From NCBI GenBank assembly GCA_964392925.1, contig CAYMRP010000002.1, positions 2,244-64,645 of the forward strand: 62,402 nucleotides of DNA, in the 5' to 3' direction. Both the position numbers and the translations under genes were made by a program. This stretch comes from an uncultured Gammaproteobacteria bacterium (lineage in GTDB: Bacteria > Patescibacteriota > Microgenomatia > Daviesbacterales > UBA10151). Position 1 is the first letter of the stretch. Every line of letters starts with the position of its first letter. Below are positions 8,528 to 17,363 of this stretch, piece after piece. The notes beneath the pieces were generated by a model. That model was not told the DNA's origin. It saw nothing but the letters and a program-made list of their open reading frames with translations, and made no database searches.

Positions 8528-9586
8528 TTATTTTAGGTACTTATTAAAGAATTCAACAGTTTTTTGCATTGCCGGAGTAAATCCCGGGTTACTAATATTG
8601 TGTCCTCCATCTGGAAACTCATTTAATTCATGTGGAGTCTGTGTGTTACCCAGAACCTGATTTAGATCCCGGCTGTATCCAATATTTACCACATCATCAT
8701 TCACTGCATGATTTAACTGGATAGCCCCTTTTAGATCGCCAAGATAATCAGTTGGTGCAACTAACTTCCAAAAAGGGTTACCACTATCAGGTTCCCCATA
8801 GGTCTCTCTCAATAATTGTCTTCTTTTTTGTCTTTCTGTTTGGTTTGTCGGAGGTTGATAGCTACCATCCTGAATACCGTACTTTCTTAAATCGGTATAA
8901 GTAAAACCAGCCCCTGCCCAAATACTGGCAGCTGGTATTTCTGGTTTTGCAGTCATAGTTCTAAGTACTACATTCCCCGCCATCGAATGCCCCCAAAATC
9001 CAATTTTTTCTGGATTAACAAATCCTGAATTTTGCAGTGCTGAATAAGCATTAAGCGCATCAATTACATAATCCGATGAATAGTAACCCCCACCAGGCTC
9101 TCCTTCAGAGTCCCCATGACCCCTCAAATCAATTTTAAAAACCACAAACCCATTCCGAGCTAAATAATTAACATGATCAATATATTTTTCTGTAGTTCTA
9201 TACGATGCTGGTGGGATATAACCATGAATAAAAATTATCGCCGGCCAACCTTTATCTGGTTTTTCTCCTTTTGGCTCAGTTAAAAGACCGTTGATTTTAA
9301 GTCCTTCAGAAATATAACTAGTTAAATATGATTTATAGCTGGCATTATCTCTATAACTTCTGAGCTCCCCTAATTTGCTTAAATATTCAATATTTCTTAG
9401 ATATGGAACCGTTAACTCCTGAAAAAGAAACGGACTCGGACTTGGATTTATATTCTGAGATTTAGCGTTAACTAAACTTTTACCTGATGGTTGAGAGTTC
9501 TCTGGCGATGGTTCCTGCGACCTCACAAATAGAAACCCGCCAAATATAATCAAGGCAATTACAACAACCCCAAGGAACACTTTCAT
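8528..9586 (-). CDS. Membrane-anchored alpha/beta hydrolase (S9 prolyl-oligopeptidase / dienelactone-hydrolase-like)
   Basis: N-terminal TM helix, nucleophile elbow GHSMAG, DLRGHGDSEG, and C-terminal Asp and His. Confidence 0.8.
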   Translation of the reverse strand: MKVFLGVVVIALIIFGGFLFVRSQEPSPENSQPSGKSLVNAKSQNINPSPSPFLFQELTVPYLRNIEYLSKLGELRSYRDNASYKSYLTSYISEGLKINGLLTEPKGEKPDKGWPAIIFIHGYIPPASYRTTEKYIDHVNYLARNGFVVFKIDLRGHGDSEGEPGGGYYSSDYVIDALNAYSALQNSGFVNPEKIGFWGHSMAGNVVLRTMTAKPEIPAASIWAGAGFTYTDLRKYGIQDGSYQPPTNQTERQKRRQLLRETYGEPDSGNPFWKLVAPTDYLGDLKGAIQLNHAVNDDVVNIGYSRDLNQVLGNTQTPHELNEFPDGGHNISNPGFTPAMQKTVEFFNKYLK

Positions 9587-9659
9587 AAAAAAATTATAAC
9601 AAATCTCTGTAAGAAACTTTTATTACATAAATTTTACTTAAGTAGTTTATATTCTAATA

Positions 9660-10274
9660 ATGAGATTACTTGCAATGATTACTTCATTTGTTCTGATCGT
9701 AATAGTGATCTTGGCCGGTTTTTATCTTTACAACAATCGTGAGATTAAAGTTCAGGAAAATCAATCTATAACTGCCTCTTCGCCGTCTATTAAACCTATG
9801 GCTGAGCCACAAATTAAAATTCCTGAAGACTGGATTCCCTACACTTCAAAAAAATACGGTTTCACTATCTATCACCCTGCAGATTTCCAAACAGATACCA
9901 ATCCTGAAGGAGATCGTTTGATTAAACTTGGACCCACTCAAAGTACAGGAACAGAATTATATGATGGGCTAGTATTGATGATTAAAAGTGGCCCCTTAGA
10001 CGGCAAAACAATTCGTCAGTTCGCTGACGCTCAGCATCTAGAAATGAAAAATGCTGAAACGACTCAATCTATCACCGATGTTATAGAAAAAAAGTACGGG
10101 ACTCACACAGCTTTCCAATTCCGTAAAGACAGTTTGGGTGAAGGGGATTTTATATATCTTCAAAAATCACCAACCGAATATTTAGAAGTAATTAATATGA
10201 CTTATGAACCCGAAAACAGCAGCTCTGATTTTATTAAAACTGCAGAAATAATGATCTCCAGTTTAGAATTTTAA
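9660..10274 (+). CDS. Hypothetical membrane-anchored exported protein
   Basis: N-terminal TM helix, no family recognised. Confidence 0.5.
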   Translation: MRLLAMITSFVLIVIVILAGFYLYNNREIKVQENQSITASSPSIKPMAEPQIKIPEDWIPYTSKKYGFTIYHPADFQTDTNPEGDRLIKLGPTQSTGTELYDGLVLMIKSGPLDGKTIRQFADAQHLEMKNAETTQSITDVIEKKYGTHTAFQFRKDSLGEGDFIYLQKSPTEYLEVINMTYEPENSSSDFIKTAEIMISSLEF

Positions 10275-10276
10275 GA

Positions 10277-10813
10277 TTACTTTTTAGTCAGATTCTCAAT
10301 TTCTATAATTCCTGCGCTATCATACTTTGAGTCACCCTTCCGGGTTAAAGTCCCAGTTATCTCAACCTTAACTCCATTCCCGGTTCCGATTAAAAACTTC
10401 CATCCGGGATCATTAAGTCCATAATTATTTCCATCATCCCCTTCTAGCCCCAAAGCACATTCTAAAGTCTGTGGACCACTTGTATTTTTATGCGGTAAAC
10501 AAATTGTTACTCCTGAGATAGTTATACTTACCCCTTCAGAAGAAGCATTTGGCACAGGAGAATAATTTGGCATCACTCCTGAACTTGTAGAGTCATAACC
10601 GGGACATGGTGGAAAGTCACATTTAGGACCTTCTCTTTTCAAAACAGTCCCGTCTTCACATACCATTGAATCAGGTTCACAAACTTTACCCTGAGCCAAA
10701 GGAGTTGGGATTGGCGCTACAACACCCTGATGATTTAAGAAGTAATATCCCGCAGCTAAAAACAAACCGACAACAATTATCAAAGGCAGTAAAACTCTAG
10801 TCATTAGAAGCAT
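10277..10813 (-). CDS. Hypothetical membrane-anchored Cys-rich exported protein
   Basis: N-terminal TM helix, cysteine cluster CEPDSMVCEDG...CDFPPCPG. Confidence 0.5.
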   Translation of the reverse strand: MLLMTRVLLPLIIVVGLFLAAGYYFLNHQGVVAPIPTPLAQGKVCEPDSMVCEDGTVLKREGPKCDFPPCPGYDSTSSGVMPNYSPVPNASSEGVSITISGVTICLPHKNTSGPQTLECALGLEGDDGNNYGLNDPGWKFLIGTGNGVKVEITGTLTRKGDSKYDSAGIIEIENLTKK

Positions 10814-11397
10814 TATATATCATAAACATAGTACCTTACCTGAGAATTATTGAGGTCAAGAAGATTATATAAATAAGTAATATCTTCAGCAGTGTGTCTT
10901 ATACAACCTGAACTTCCGGGATTACCTTCCGCCAGTTTTTCAGGATCTCCATTATTTCCATGAAGCCCAAAGGCTCCAGGTAACTCCCAATTGCATTGCC
11001 CATTACATTCATCATATGGCTCTGGACCAAAAGGCGCCTCTTCTGAAACTGGAATATCAAGTGCTAGAAAATAAGGCGCAGTTTCAGGATTTTCAAAAGT
11101 TTCATATTCAGCGGTTATTAACCAATATTCACGTCCCAAAAGCGCGGGTAGCGGAGTCGGTCTTTGGCCTGGAATTCCACTCTTAACTGTAAAAGTTTTA
11201 ACCAAAGCACTACTATCCTTATTCCCTGCTTCCCCAAAATACAAAAGCTCCTTATTTGATTTTCTATTTAAAACAAACCAGTATTCTTTCTTGGGTTGCA
11301 ATGAAAAACCATTACCACTATTGATTTGAGCATTCTGAAAATACGCCAGCCCTAAGAGAACTATAAATATAAAAGTTAATCCTAAAGTTTTTAACAT
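10813..11397 (-). CDS. L,D-transpeptidase (YkuD) domain protein
   Basis: Catalytic motif GLHGNNG...SSGCIRH and an N-terminal TM anchor. Confidence 0.8.
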   Translation of the reverse strand: MLKTLGLTFIFIVLLGLAYFQNAQINSGNGFSLQPKKEYWFVLNRKSNKELLYFGEAGNKDSSALVKTFTVKSGIPGQRPTPLPALLGREYWLITAEYETFENPETAPYFLALDIPVSEEAPFGPEPYDECNGQCNWELPGAFGLHGNNGDPEKLAEGNPGSSGCIRHTAEDITYLYNLLDLNNSQVRYYVYDI

Positions 11398-11413
11398 CTG
11401 TTAAAATCAATCA

Positions 11414-12544
11414 ATGCTCAAAATAATAATTATCATTCTATTAATTCTTGGAGCTGTCGGATATTTTACTGTCAGCTTGACCAGAACGCAAACCTCAGAT
11501 AATTCACCCCTTACAAATCCTCAGTCTTTAGTAGAAACAATCGCATCAACACTTCCGACAATCATCCCCACTACTCCCCCATCACCCGCGCCAATTCCGT
11601 TAAATGTTCCTCAATCCAAAACTTTAACTAATGATTATCATATTTTCCAAACCTACAATAATTGCGGCCCTGCTGCTTTATCTATGGCCCTTTCATATTA
11701 TGGTGTTAACAAATCCCAAGCCCAATTAGGTGAAGAATTAAGACCCTATCAAATCCCTGGCGGCGACAATGATGATAAATCAGTAACACTTGAGGAAGTT
11801 GCAGAAAAATCAAAAGAATATGGGTTAACTCCTTTTTTAAGACCTAACGGCAATAATGAAATTATTAAAAAATTTATTGCCAGTGATATTCCGGTCGTTG
11901 CCCGCACCTGGCTGAAAGAAGGTGACGACATCGGCCACTACAGAATTATTAAAGGTTATGACGATACTACAAATGAATTTATCCAAGACGATTCTTTACA
12001 AGGCAAAAATTTAAGATATTCTTATGACTCATTTGATAGAATCTGGGACAAATTTAATTATCAATATTTGGTTCTTGTTCCTGAAAATAAATTATCTATA
12101 GCAAAACAAATTATCGGTGAAGATTTAGATGAAAAAATTGCCTGGAAAAAAGCAGTTGACCTTTCAAAACAAAAAATCTTAGAGAACCCAAACGATTACA
12201 CCGCCGGATTTAATTTATCAGTCGCCTATTACAAACTCGGCGACTACCAAAAATCAGTTGAAGAATTTGAAAAAGTCCAGTCCAGATTACCATTCAGAAC
12301 TCTCTGGTACCAAATCGAACCGATCCTCGCGTATTACCAGTTAGGCAATTACAACCGCGTAATCCAAATCTCAGACCAAATTTTGGGTTATCACAACCGC
12401 GCATATTCCGAGTTATATATTTTAAAAGGTAATATTTATCTAAAACAAGGAAATAAAGAAGCCGCTAGAACAGAATTTCAAAAAGCCCTCCAATATAATA
12501 AAAATCTAACAGCTGCCCAGGAGGCCTTAAGCTCTCTTAACTAA
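11414..12544 (+). CDS. Peptidase C39-like domain protein with C-terminal TPR repeats
   Basis: NNCGPAALSMALSYYG (C39-like Cys), GHYRIIKGYDD, and TPR-like repeats at the C-terminus. Confidence 0.8.
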   Translation: MLKIIIIILLILGAVGYFTVSLTRTQTSDNSPLTNPQSLVETIASTLPTIIPTTPPSPAPIPLNVPQSKTLTNDYHIFQTYNNCGPAALSMALSYYGVNKSQAQLGEELRPYQIPGGDNDDKSVTLEEVAEKSKEYGLTPFLRPNGNNEIIKKFIASDIPVVARTWLKEGDDIGHYRIIKGYDDTTNEFIQDDSLQGKNLRYSYDSFDRIWDKFNYQYLVLVPENKLSIAKQIIGEDLDEKIAWKKAVDLSKQKILENPNDYTAGFNLSVAYYKLGDYQKSVEEFEKVQSRLPFRTLWYQIEPILAYYQLGNYNRVIQISDQILGYHNRAYSELYILKGNIYLKQGNKEAARTEFQKALQYNKNLTAAQEALSSLN

Positions 12545-12641
12545 AAGTGTGGGCACCACACTTTACGCACGAAACACCACACTTTTTAAGGGTGGTAAAG
12601 GTGTGGAGCCACATTTTTACAGTGTGGTGAGGAAATTAGGA
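12545..12641. terminator. Hairpin cluster between convergent genes, built from repeated AAGTGTGG/CCACACTT 8-mers
   Basis: Perfect hairpin AAGTGTGG-GCA-CCACACTT, with TTTT following it on the minus strand, plus two further CCACA/TGTGG pairings. Confidence 0.5.
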
Positions 12642-13703
12642 CTATTTTAAAAACTTATCAAAGAAAGCCACAGACCTATTTAAAGCAACTCCTAAATTAT
12701 TAGCGATGTTATGATCATCTCCCTGATAAACAAATAGTTCTGATTCTTTGCCAGCTGTCTTTAACTGAGCATCAAGTTTTTCAGAAAACATTAACGGAAC
12801 AGAAGTATCAGCAGTCCCGTGATGAATTTGAATTGGCCCTGAAACATCATTTAAATAAGAATTGGCAGATATCGAATCCCAAAATTCTCTGTTAGTTCCA
12901 GGTTCACCATATTCTGCAACTAAAGTATTCCTCCAACTTCTCCCATTATTTGTATTCCCCGGCAAAAGTGACGGTGAAGGCATTGGTGATCTCCTCCTCC
13001 AGTTATTTAAAAGATCATCATAAGATGCAACAACACCCGCCCAAATAACTCCGACTTTGATATCTTTTGAAACAACCATATTTCTTAAAGTTACAAACCC
13101 TCCCATAGAATGACCCCACATCCCAATCTTTTGAGTATTAACCCCTGGATATCTTTTAATAGATGCCAATGCATTTAAAACATCAATAGTATAACCATTT
13201 GATCCATACCCTCCTGTAGCTTGACCCTCAGAATTTCCATGCCCTCTATAATCAGGTCTTATCAAAACATAACCATTTCGCGAAAAAGCATCTGTATAAG
13301 CGATATATTTTTCAGTTGTTCTATACTCAGCAGGCGGTATATATCCATGATTAAATACAATCACCGGATACCCTCCTTCAGGAGCATCAGCTAAAGGGAC
13401 TGTCAGCAAAGCATAGATTTTCAGCCCTTCGGATCTGTAAGATACAATTTTTCTGGAATAATTAGATCCATTTGGTAATTCCTGCTCAACTACTAAATCA
13501 GATCCTGGATAATCACCACTTCTCAAAGCCTCAATAGACAAAGAGTGAGGTTGTCTTGGCATTTGCCCAAAATCATCACTCAGGCTTTGGGTAGCATTTT
13601 GCACATTATCTGTAACTTTTTGCTGGTTTCTAAAAAAGTAAAAACCTCCGGAAACTAAAACTATGAGTATAAGTAATAATCCAAATCTGATTTTGCCCAT
13701 CAT
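12642..13703 (-). CDS. Membrane-anchored alpha/beta hydrolase, paralog of 8528..9586
   Basis: Same architecture: GHSMGG, DYRGHGNSEG, EGLKIYALLT versus EGLKINGLLT. Confidence 0.8.
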   Translation of the reverse strand: MMGKIRFGLLLILIVLVSGGFYFFRNQQKVTDNVQNATQSLSDDFGQMPRQPHSLSIEALRSGDYPGSDLVVEQELPNGSNYSRKIVSYRSEGLKIYALLTVPLADAPEGGYPVIVFNHGYIPPAEYRTTEKYIAYTDAFSRNGYVLIRPDYRGHGNSEGQATGGYGSNGYTIDVLNALASIKRYPGVNTQKIGMWGHSMGGFVTLRNMVVSKDIKVGVIWAGVVASYDDLLNNWRRRSPMPSPSLLPGNTNNGRSWRNTLVAEYGEPGTNREFWDSISANSYLNDVSGPIQIHHGTADTSVPLMFSEKLDAQLKTAGKESELFVYQGDDHNIANNLGVALNRSVAFFDKFLK

Positions 13704-13778
13704 TTAAAAATAATAACTAAACCTGAGAAACTGCTTAAATTATATGTCTACCCGAATCCGATCCGGAATCCAGAAAAC

Positions 13779-14243
13779 TTAGTTCTGATAAATTGTCGAC
13801 TTACCTTCTTTCATCACCCTCGCACCCTTTTTAATAACCTCTTCCAAAACCCCCAGATCAATATCCGAAATCCTCTTAAATCTTATACAAGATTTGCCAA
13901 TATTTACTTTAGACAATTTCGATTTACCAGCTTTAGCTGGCAAGCTATGCTTATAGTCTTCAGCAATATATTCCTCACCATCAGTCGCACAAATATAAAC
14001 AGAAATATAATTTTTTTGAGAAGCAAGAGCTATAACTCCCCATTCTCCTTCTCTACCACTTTTATATTTATAGTTAAATTTGCCATATCCAATCATTCCG
14101 GCCAGAATAAACGGTTTCAAATCAGGGACTGCTTTTTTAATTAGTGCGTCAAGCTTAACAATCTCAGCTTTTCTGTCAGGATCCTGCACCAGGTTTATAT
14201 ACTCTTCAGGAGTCTTTGCCTCAGTAGGTTTAAACATATTCAT
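13779..14243 (-). CDS. DUF1801 (YdhG-like) domain protein
   Basis: Pattern GMIGYGKFNYKY...ALASQKNYISVY...GKSCIRFKRISDIDL. Confidence 0.7.
   Translation of the reverse strand: MNMFKPTEAKTPEEYINLVQDPDRKAEIVKLDALIKKAVPDLKPFILAGMIGYGKFNYKYKSGREGEWGVIALASQKNYISVYICATDGEEYIAEDYKHSLPAKAGKSKLSKVNIGKSCIRFKRISDIDLGVLEEVIKKGARVMKEGKSTIYQN
13923..13952. repeat. 30-nt palindrome-containing segment shared with purK (28/30 identical)
   Basis: TTTACCAGCTTTAGCTGGCAAGCTATGCTT here versus TTTACCAGCTTCAGCTGGCAAGCTTTGCTT at 33461..33490. It contains CCAGCT-NN-AGCTGG. Confidence 0.85.
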
Positions 14244-14304
14244 GATTCAAATTATACAAACGGAATGTATTTACATCAACACTTAAACTATCTACTATTA
14301 ATTA

Positions 14305-14757
14305 ATGGCCGCCAAAAAACTAAAAGTATCTAAAAAACTTCTATTAATTGCATTACTACTTGCTGCTGTCATATTTTGCCTCAGCGCTTTCTATCAAAAG
14401 TCCCCTCAGTCTGTAACCACTCAACCTTCCCCTAGCCCAATAATTACTCTAAAAAGTATTGACGGAATTTATAAAGGCGATCTCCCCTGCGCTGACTGTC
14501 CAGGTATCACAGAAACACTTATTATTGCCAAAGACGGCTCTTATATTTTAGAGGATGTCTATCTGGAAAAATCTCAGAAGCCTTTTCAGGTCCAAGGCAA
14601 ATGGCTCCAAACTAACAACATTCTAAAGCTCTCCCCAGAAGATGGTTCTCAAACAAATTATTTTCAGATCGAAGACTCCGGAGATCTAACCATGCTCGAT
14701 AGCAGCATGAATAAAATAAATTCGCCCTTTAATCAAACTTTAACTAAACAATACTAA
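14305..14757 (+). CDS. NlpE-N-terminal-domain-like exported protein
   Basis: Signal anchor, then YKGDLPCADCPGITETL (CXXC) typical of the NlpE N-terminal domain. Confidence 0.6.
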   Translation: MAAKKLKVSKKLLLIALLLAAVIFCLSAFYQKSPQSVTTQPSPSPIITLKSIDGIYKGDLPCADCPGITETLIIAKDGSYILEDVYLEKSQKPFQVQGKWLQTNNILKLSPEDGSQTNYFQIEDSGDLTMLDSSMNKINSPFNQTLTKQY

Positions 14758-15434
14758 TGGACGAAAAACCTGACAAGAAAATTCTCCAATCAGTTGAAAA
14801 TTTAATAAGCACTGACCGCGTCTTTAATTTCTCGGATGGTGTCTTCGCTTTTGCCGCCACTCTTCTTGTTTTAAAAATTGATCTGCCAAACATTTCACCT
14901 GAAGATTTAAATTCTGCTCGTTTATCTTTTGAACTTTTTAATTTGTGGCCTTCTTATTTTGCAAATATTATTAGCTTTTTAATCATCTGTTATTACTGGT
15001 TAACCCATCACGCCATTTTTGCTCTGGTAAAAAAATTTGATCAGGTGATTATCTGGTTGAATGTGATTTTTCTTATCTTCTTATCTTTTATTCCTTTTCC
15101 CGTCGATCTTTTTGGAGAATACAGCAATTCCGATATCATCGTCGTTTTCTACAGCGCCTCACTTGCCCTAGTCGGATTCTTACTAGCTTCTATTTGGATA
15201 TATGCCAGTTTCAAACATCGTTTAATCGATATTAATTTAAGCCGCCGCCACATCTTATATTATTCAAGTCGATTCTTAATTGCCCCGATGGTTTTCCTAT
15301 TTTCGATTCCCTTAGTTTTTATCGACCCGCTTGTAGCCAAACTCTCCTGGTTTTTTGTAATTATCGGCATCTTTATAATTAATAGAATCTTTCACTTCAA
15401 AAGATTAAGCCTCATCGAAAAAGAAACTATTTAA
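14757..15434 (+). CDS. TMEM175/DUF1211-family potassium channel
   Basis: Hallmark RVFNFSDGVFAFAATLLVL and six predicted TM helices. Confidence 0.8.
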   Translation: MDEKPDKKILQSVENLISTDRVFNFSDGVFAFAATLLVLKIDLPNISPEDLNSARLSFELFNLWPSYFANIISFLIICYYWLTHHAIFALVKKFDQVIIWLNVIFLIFLSFIPFPVDLFGEYSNSDIIVVFYSASLALVGFLLASIWIYASFKHRLIDINLSRRHILYYSSRFLIAPMVFLFSIPLVFIDPLVAKLSWFFVIIGIFIINRIFHFKRLSLIEKETI

Positions 15435-15487
15435 TAATGAAAGTTTAGCCATTTTAAAAACTTCTTCGATGAACTACAATTTAAAAG

Positions 15488-15982
15488 ATGAAATTAAATC
15501 TCCATGAAGACTATATTAGAAGTGCATTTTTCGGACTTCAAGACGGACTCGTCTCAACTACCGGAGTTGTCGTTGGTATTAGTGCCGGTGTAAACGACAA
15601 AGCCATTGTTATACTAGCCAGCCTGGTGGCCGTTAGCGTTGAGGCCTCCTCTATGGCAGCTGGGCAATATTCCTCAGAAAAAGCCGTCCACCAAATGGAT
15701 AAGACTGGCAAACACACTGATAGCTTACTCATCGGAGCACTAATTATGTTTTTTGCTTATTTAGGTGCCGGACTTATTCCAATTATTCCGGTCATAATCT
15801 TTGGACCTCCCCAATCTTCGTATATTGGAGTCGCTCTTGCTCTGCTTGGTTTATTCATAGTTGGCTTTATAAGAGGAAAGATGACAGGTGAAAAACCTTT
15901 AAATAATGCTATCGAGCTGTTATTTATTGGAGGCACAGCCACAGCTATTGGTCTAGTCGTCGGCTATTTCTTAAAAGTCTAA
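15488..15982 (+). CDS. VIT1/CCC1-family metal transporter (short form)
   Basis: FGLQDGLVSTTGVVVGISAG and a C-terminal TM bundle. Confidence 0.75.
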   Translation: MKLNLHEDYIRSAFFGLQDGLVSTTGVVVGISAGVNDKAIVILASLVAVSVEASSMAAGQYSSEKAVHQMDKTGKHTDSLLIGALIMFFAYLGAGLIPIIPVIIFGPPQSSYIGVALALLGLFIVGFIRGKMTGEKPLNNAIELLFIGGTATAIGLVVGYFLKV

Positions 15983-17262
15983 AAAAGATCTCTTTTGTCA
16001 CGCGTCTTCACCCACTGAGTTTGTATTCTCTGCAAAGCTAGTATATATGCTCCCTCTCTGAGTGAAGTTTTATGAAGCTTAGAAATTGCTATTACTTCTT
16101 CAACTGCCTTTTCCATCTTAATTTTTAACTTACCTAAAACTTTATTCTTATCCCACTTCTCATCATTAATATTCTGAAACCATTCAAAAAAACTTGTCGC
16201 AACTCCGCCTGAATTAGCCAGAATATCAGGAATAATTAGCACTCCTTTATTGGTTAATATTTTATCTGCCTCAAAATCAGTCGGTCCATTTGCCATTTCC
16301 AATATAATCTTTGCTTTTATATTGTAAGCATTCTTCTTTGTGATAACTTCTTCAATCGCAGCTGGAACTAGGATATCAACTTCAAGTTCTAATATCTCCT
16401 GAGTATTTATCGGGGTTCCTATCCCGTTAAAACTTCTTGTCGTACTAAATTGCTTTTCGATTTTCTCATAATCTCTTATCCCATCTTCCAGATAGAATCC
16501 GCCGGCAACATCGGCTACTGCCACAATTTTAAATCCTAGTTCACACAAAAACTTAACCACATTTGATCCCACATTACCAAACCCTTGAACAGCTACAGTC
16601 ATATCCTGGGGTTTTTTATCAAGAGTTTTTAGTACAGCCATTAATGCATAGGCCCCTCCAAGACCTGTAGCCTCGACCCTGCCTTCTGAACCCCCTTCGT
16701 CTAACGGCTTTCCAGTCACCACTGCTTTAATAAAATTTAAATCGGTTTTACGATTAGAATTCGATGATTTCAAATACTCGCCAAATTCTTCAGATATCCA
16801 ACTCATAATTTGACCATTCGTATTAATATCCGGGGCTGGCACATCTAAATCAGGACTTATTATTGGTGAAATTTTTTTAGCAAATGATCTGGTCAGTCTT
16901 TCAATTTCACCCGCGTTTAACATTTTCGGATCAACAGTAATTCCTCCTTTCCCCCCTCCAAAAGGCACATCAACTACAGCATTCTTCATAGTCATCCAAA
17001 AAGCCAAAGCTTTTACTTCATTAATATCAACAGCTGGATGGTATCTCAGACCTCCTTTATACGGACCACGGATATTGTTATGTTGAACTCGATAACCTTT
17101 ATAAATATTAATCTCCCCGCTGTCCATTCTTAGAGGTATAGACACCTCAACTATTCGGTCTGGTTCGGAAAGCATCGATAAAAGAAGAGGGTCGTATTCC
17201 AGCTTTTTTGCCGTTTCACTAAGTAGATTCTGTACTTTTTTCCAAATATTACCTTGTGCCAT
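15979..17262 (-). CDS. gdhA: Glutamate dehydrogenase
   Basis: KGGLRYHP, PFGGGKGG and GFGNVG Rossmann motifs. Confidence 0.9.
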   Translation of the reverse strand: MAQGNIWKKVQNLLSETAKKLEYDPLLLSMLSEPDRIVEVSIPLRMDSGEINIYKGYRVQHNNIRGPYKGGLRYHPAVDINEVKALAFWMTMKNAVVDVPFGGGKGGITVDPKMLNAGEIERLTRSFAKKISPIISPDLDVPAPDINTNGQIMSWISEEFGEYLKSSNSNRKTDLNFIKAVVTGKPLDEGGSEGRVEATGLGGAYALMAVLKTLDKKPQDMTVAVQGFGNVGSNVVKFLCELGFKIVAVADVAGGFYLEDGIRDYEKIEKQFSTTRSFNGIGTPINTQEILELEVDILVPAAIEEVITKKNAYNIKAKIILEMANGPTDFEADKILTNKGVLIIPDILANSGGVATSFFEWFQNINDEKWDKNKVLGKLKIKMEKAVEEVIAISKLHKTSLREGAYILALQRIQTQWVKTRDKRDLF

Positions 17263-17296
17263 TGTGAGAAATTAACGAGTGCTGCTTACTTAAACT

Positions 17297-17348
17297 AAAT
17301 CCGCTGATTTCTAAGTTAACCGCCAGGCCCTCAAATCTCAACGGATTT
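17297..17348 (-). terminator. Long imperfect hairpin between glnA and gdhA
   Basis: On the minus strand AAATCCGTT-GA-GATTT pairs with AAATC-AGCGGATTT (14 bp with a 2-nt bulge), followed by AGTTTAAG. Confidence 0.45.
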
Positions 17349-17363
17349 AGATATTTTAATTGT

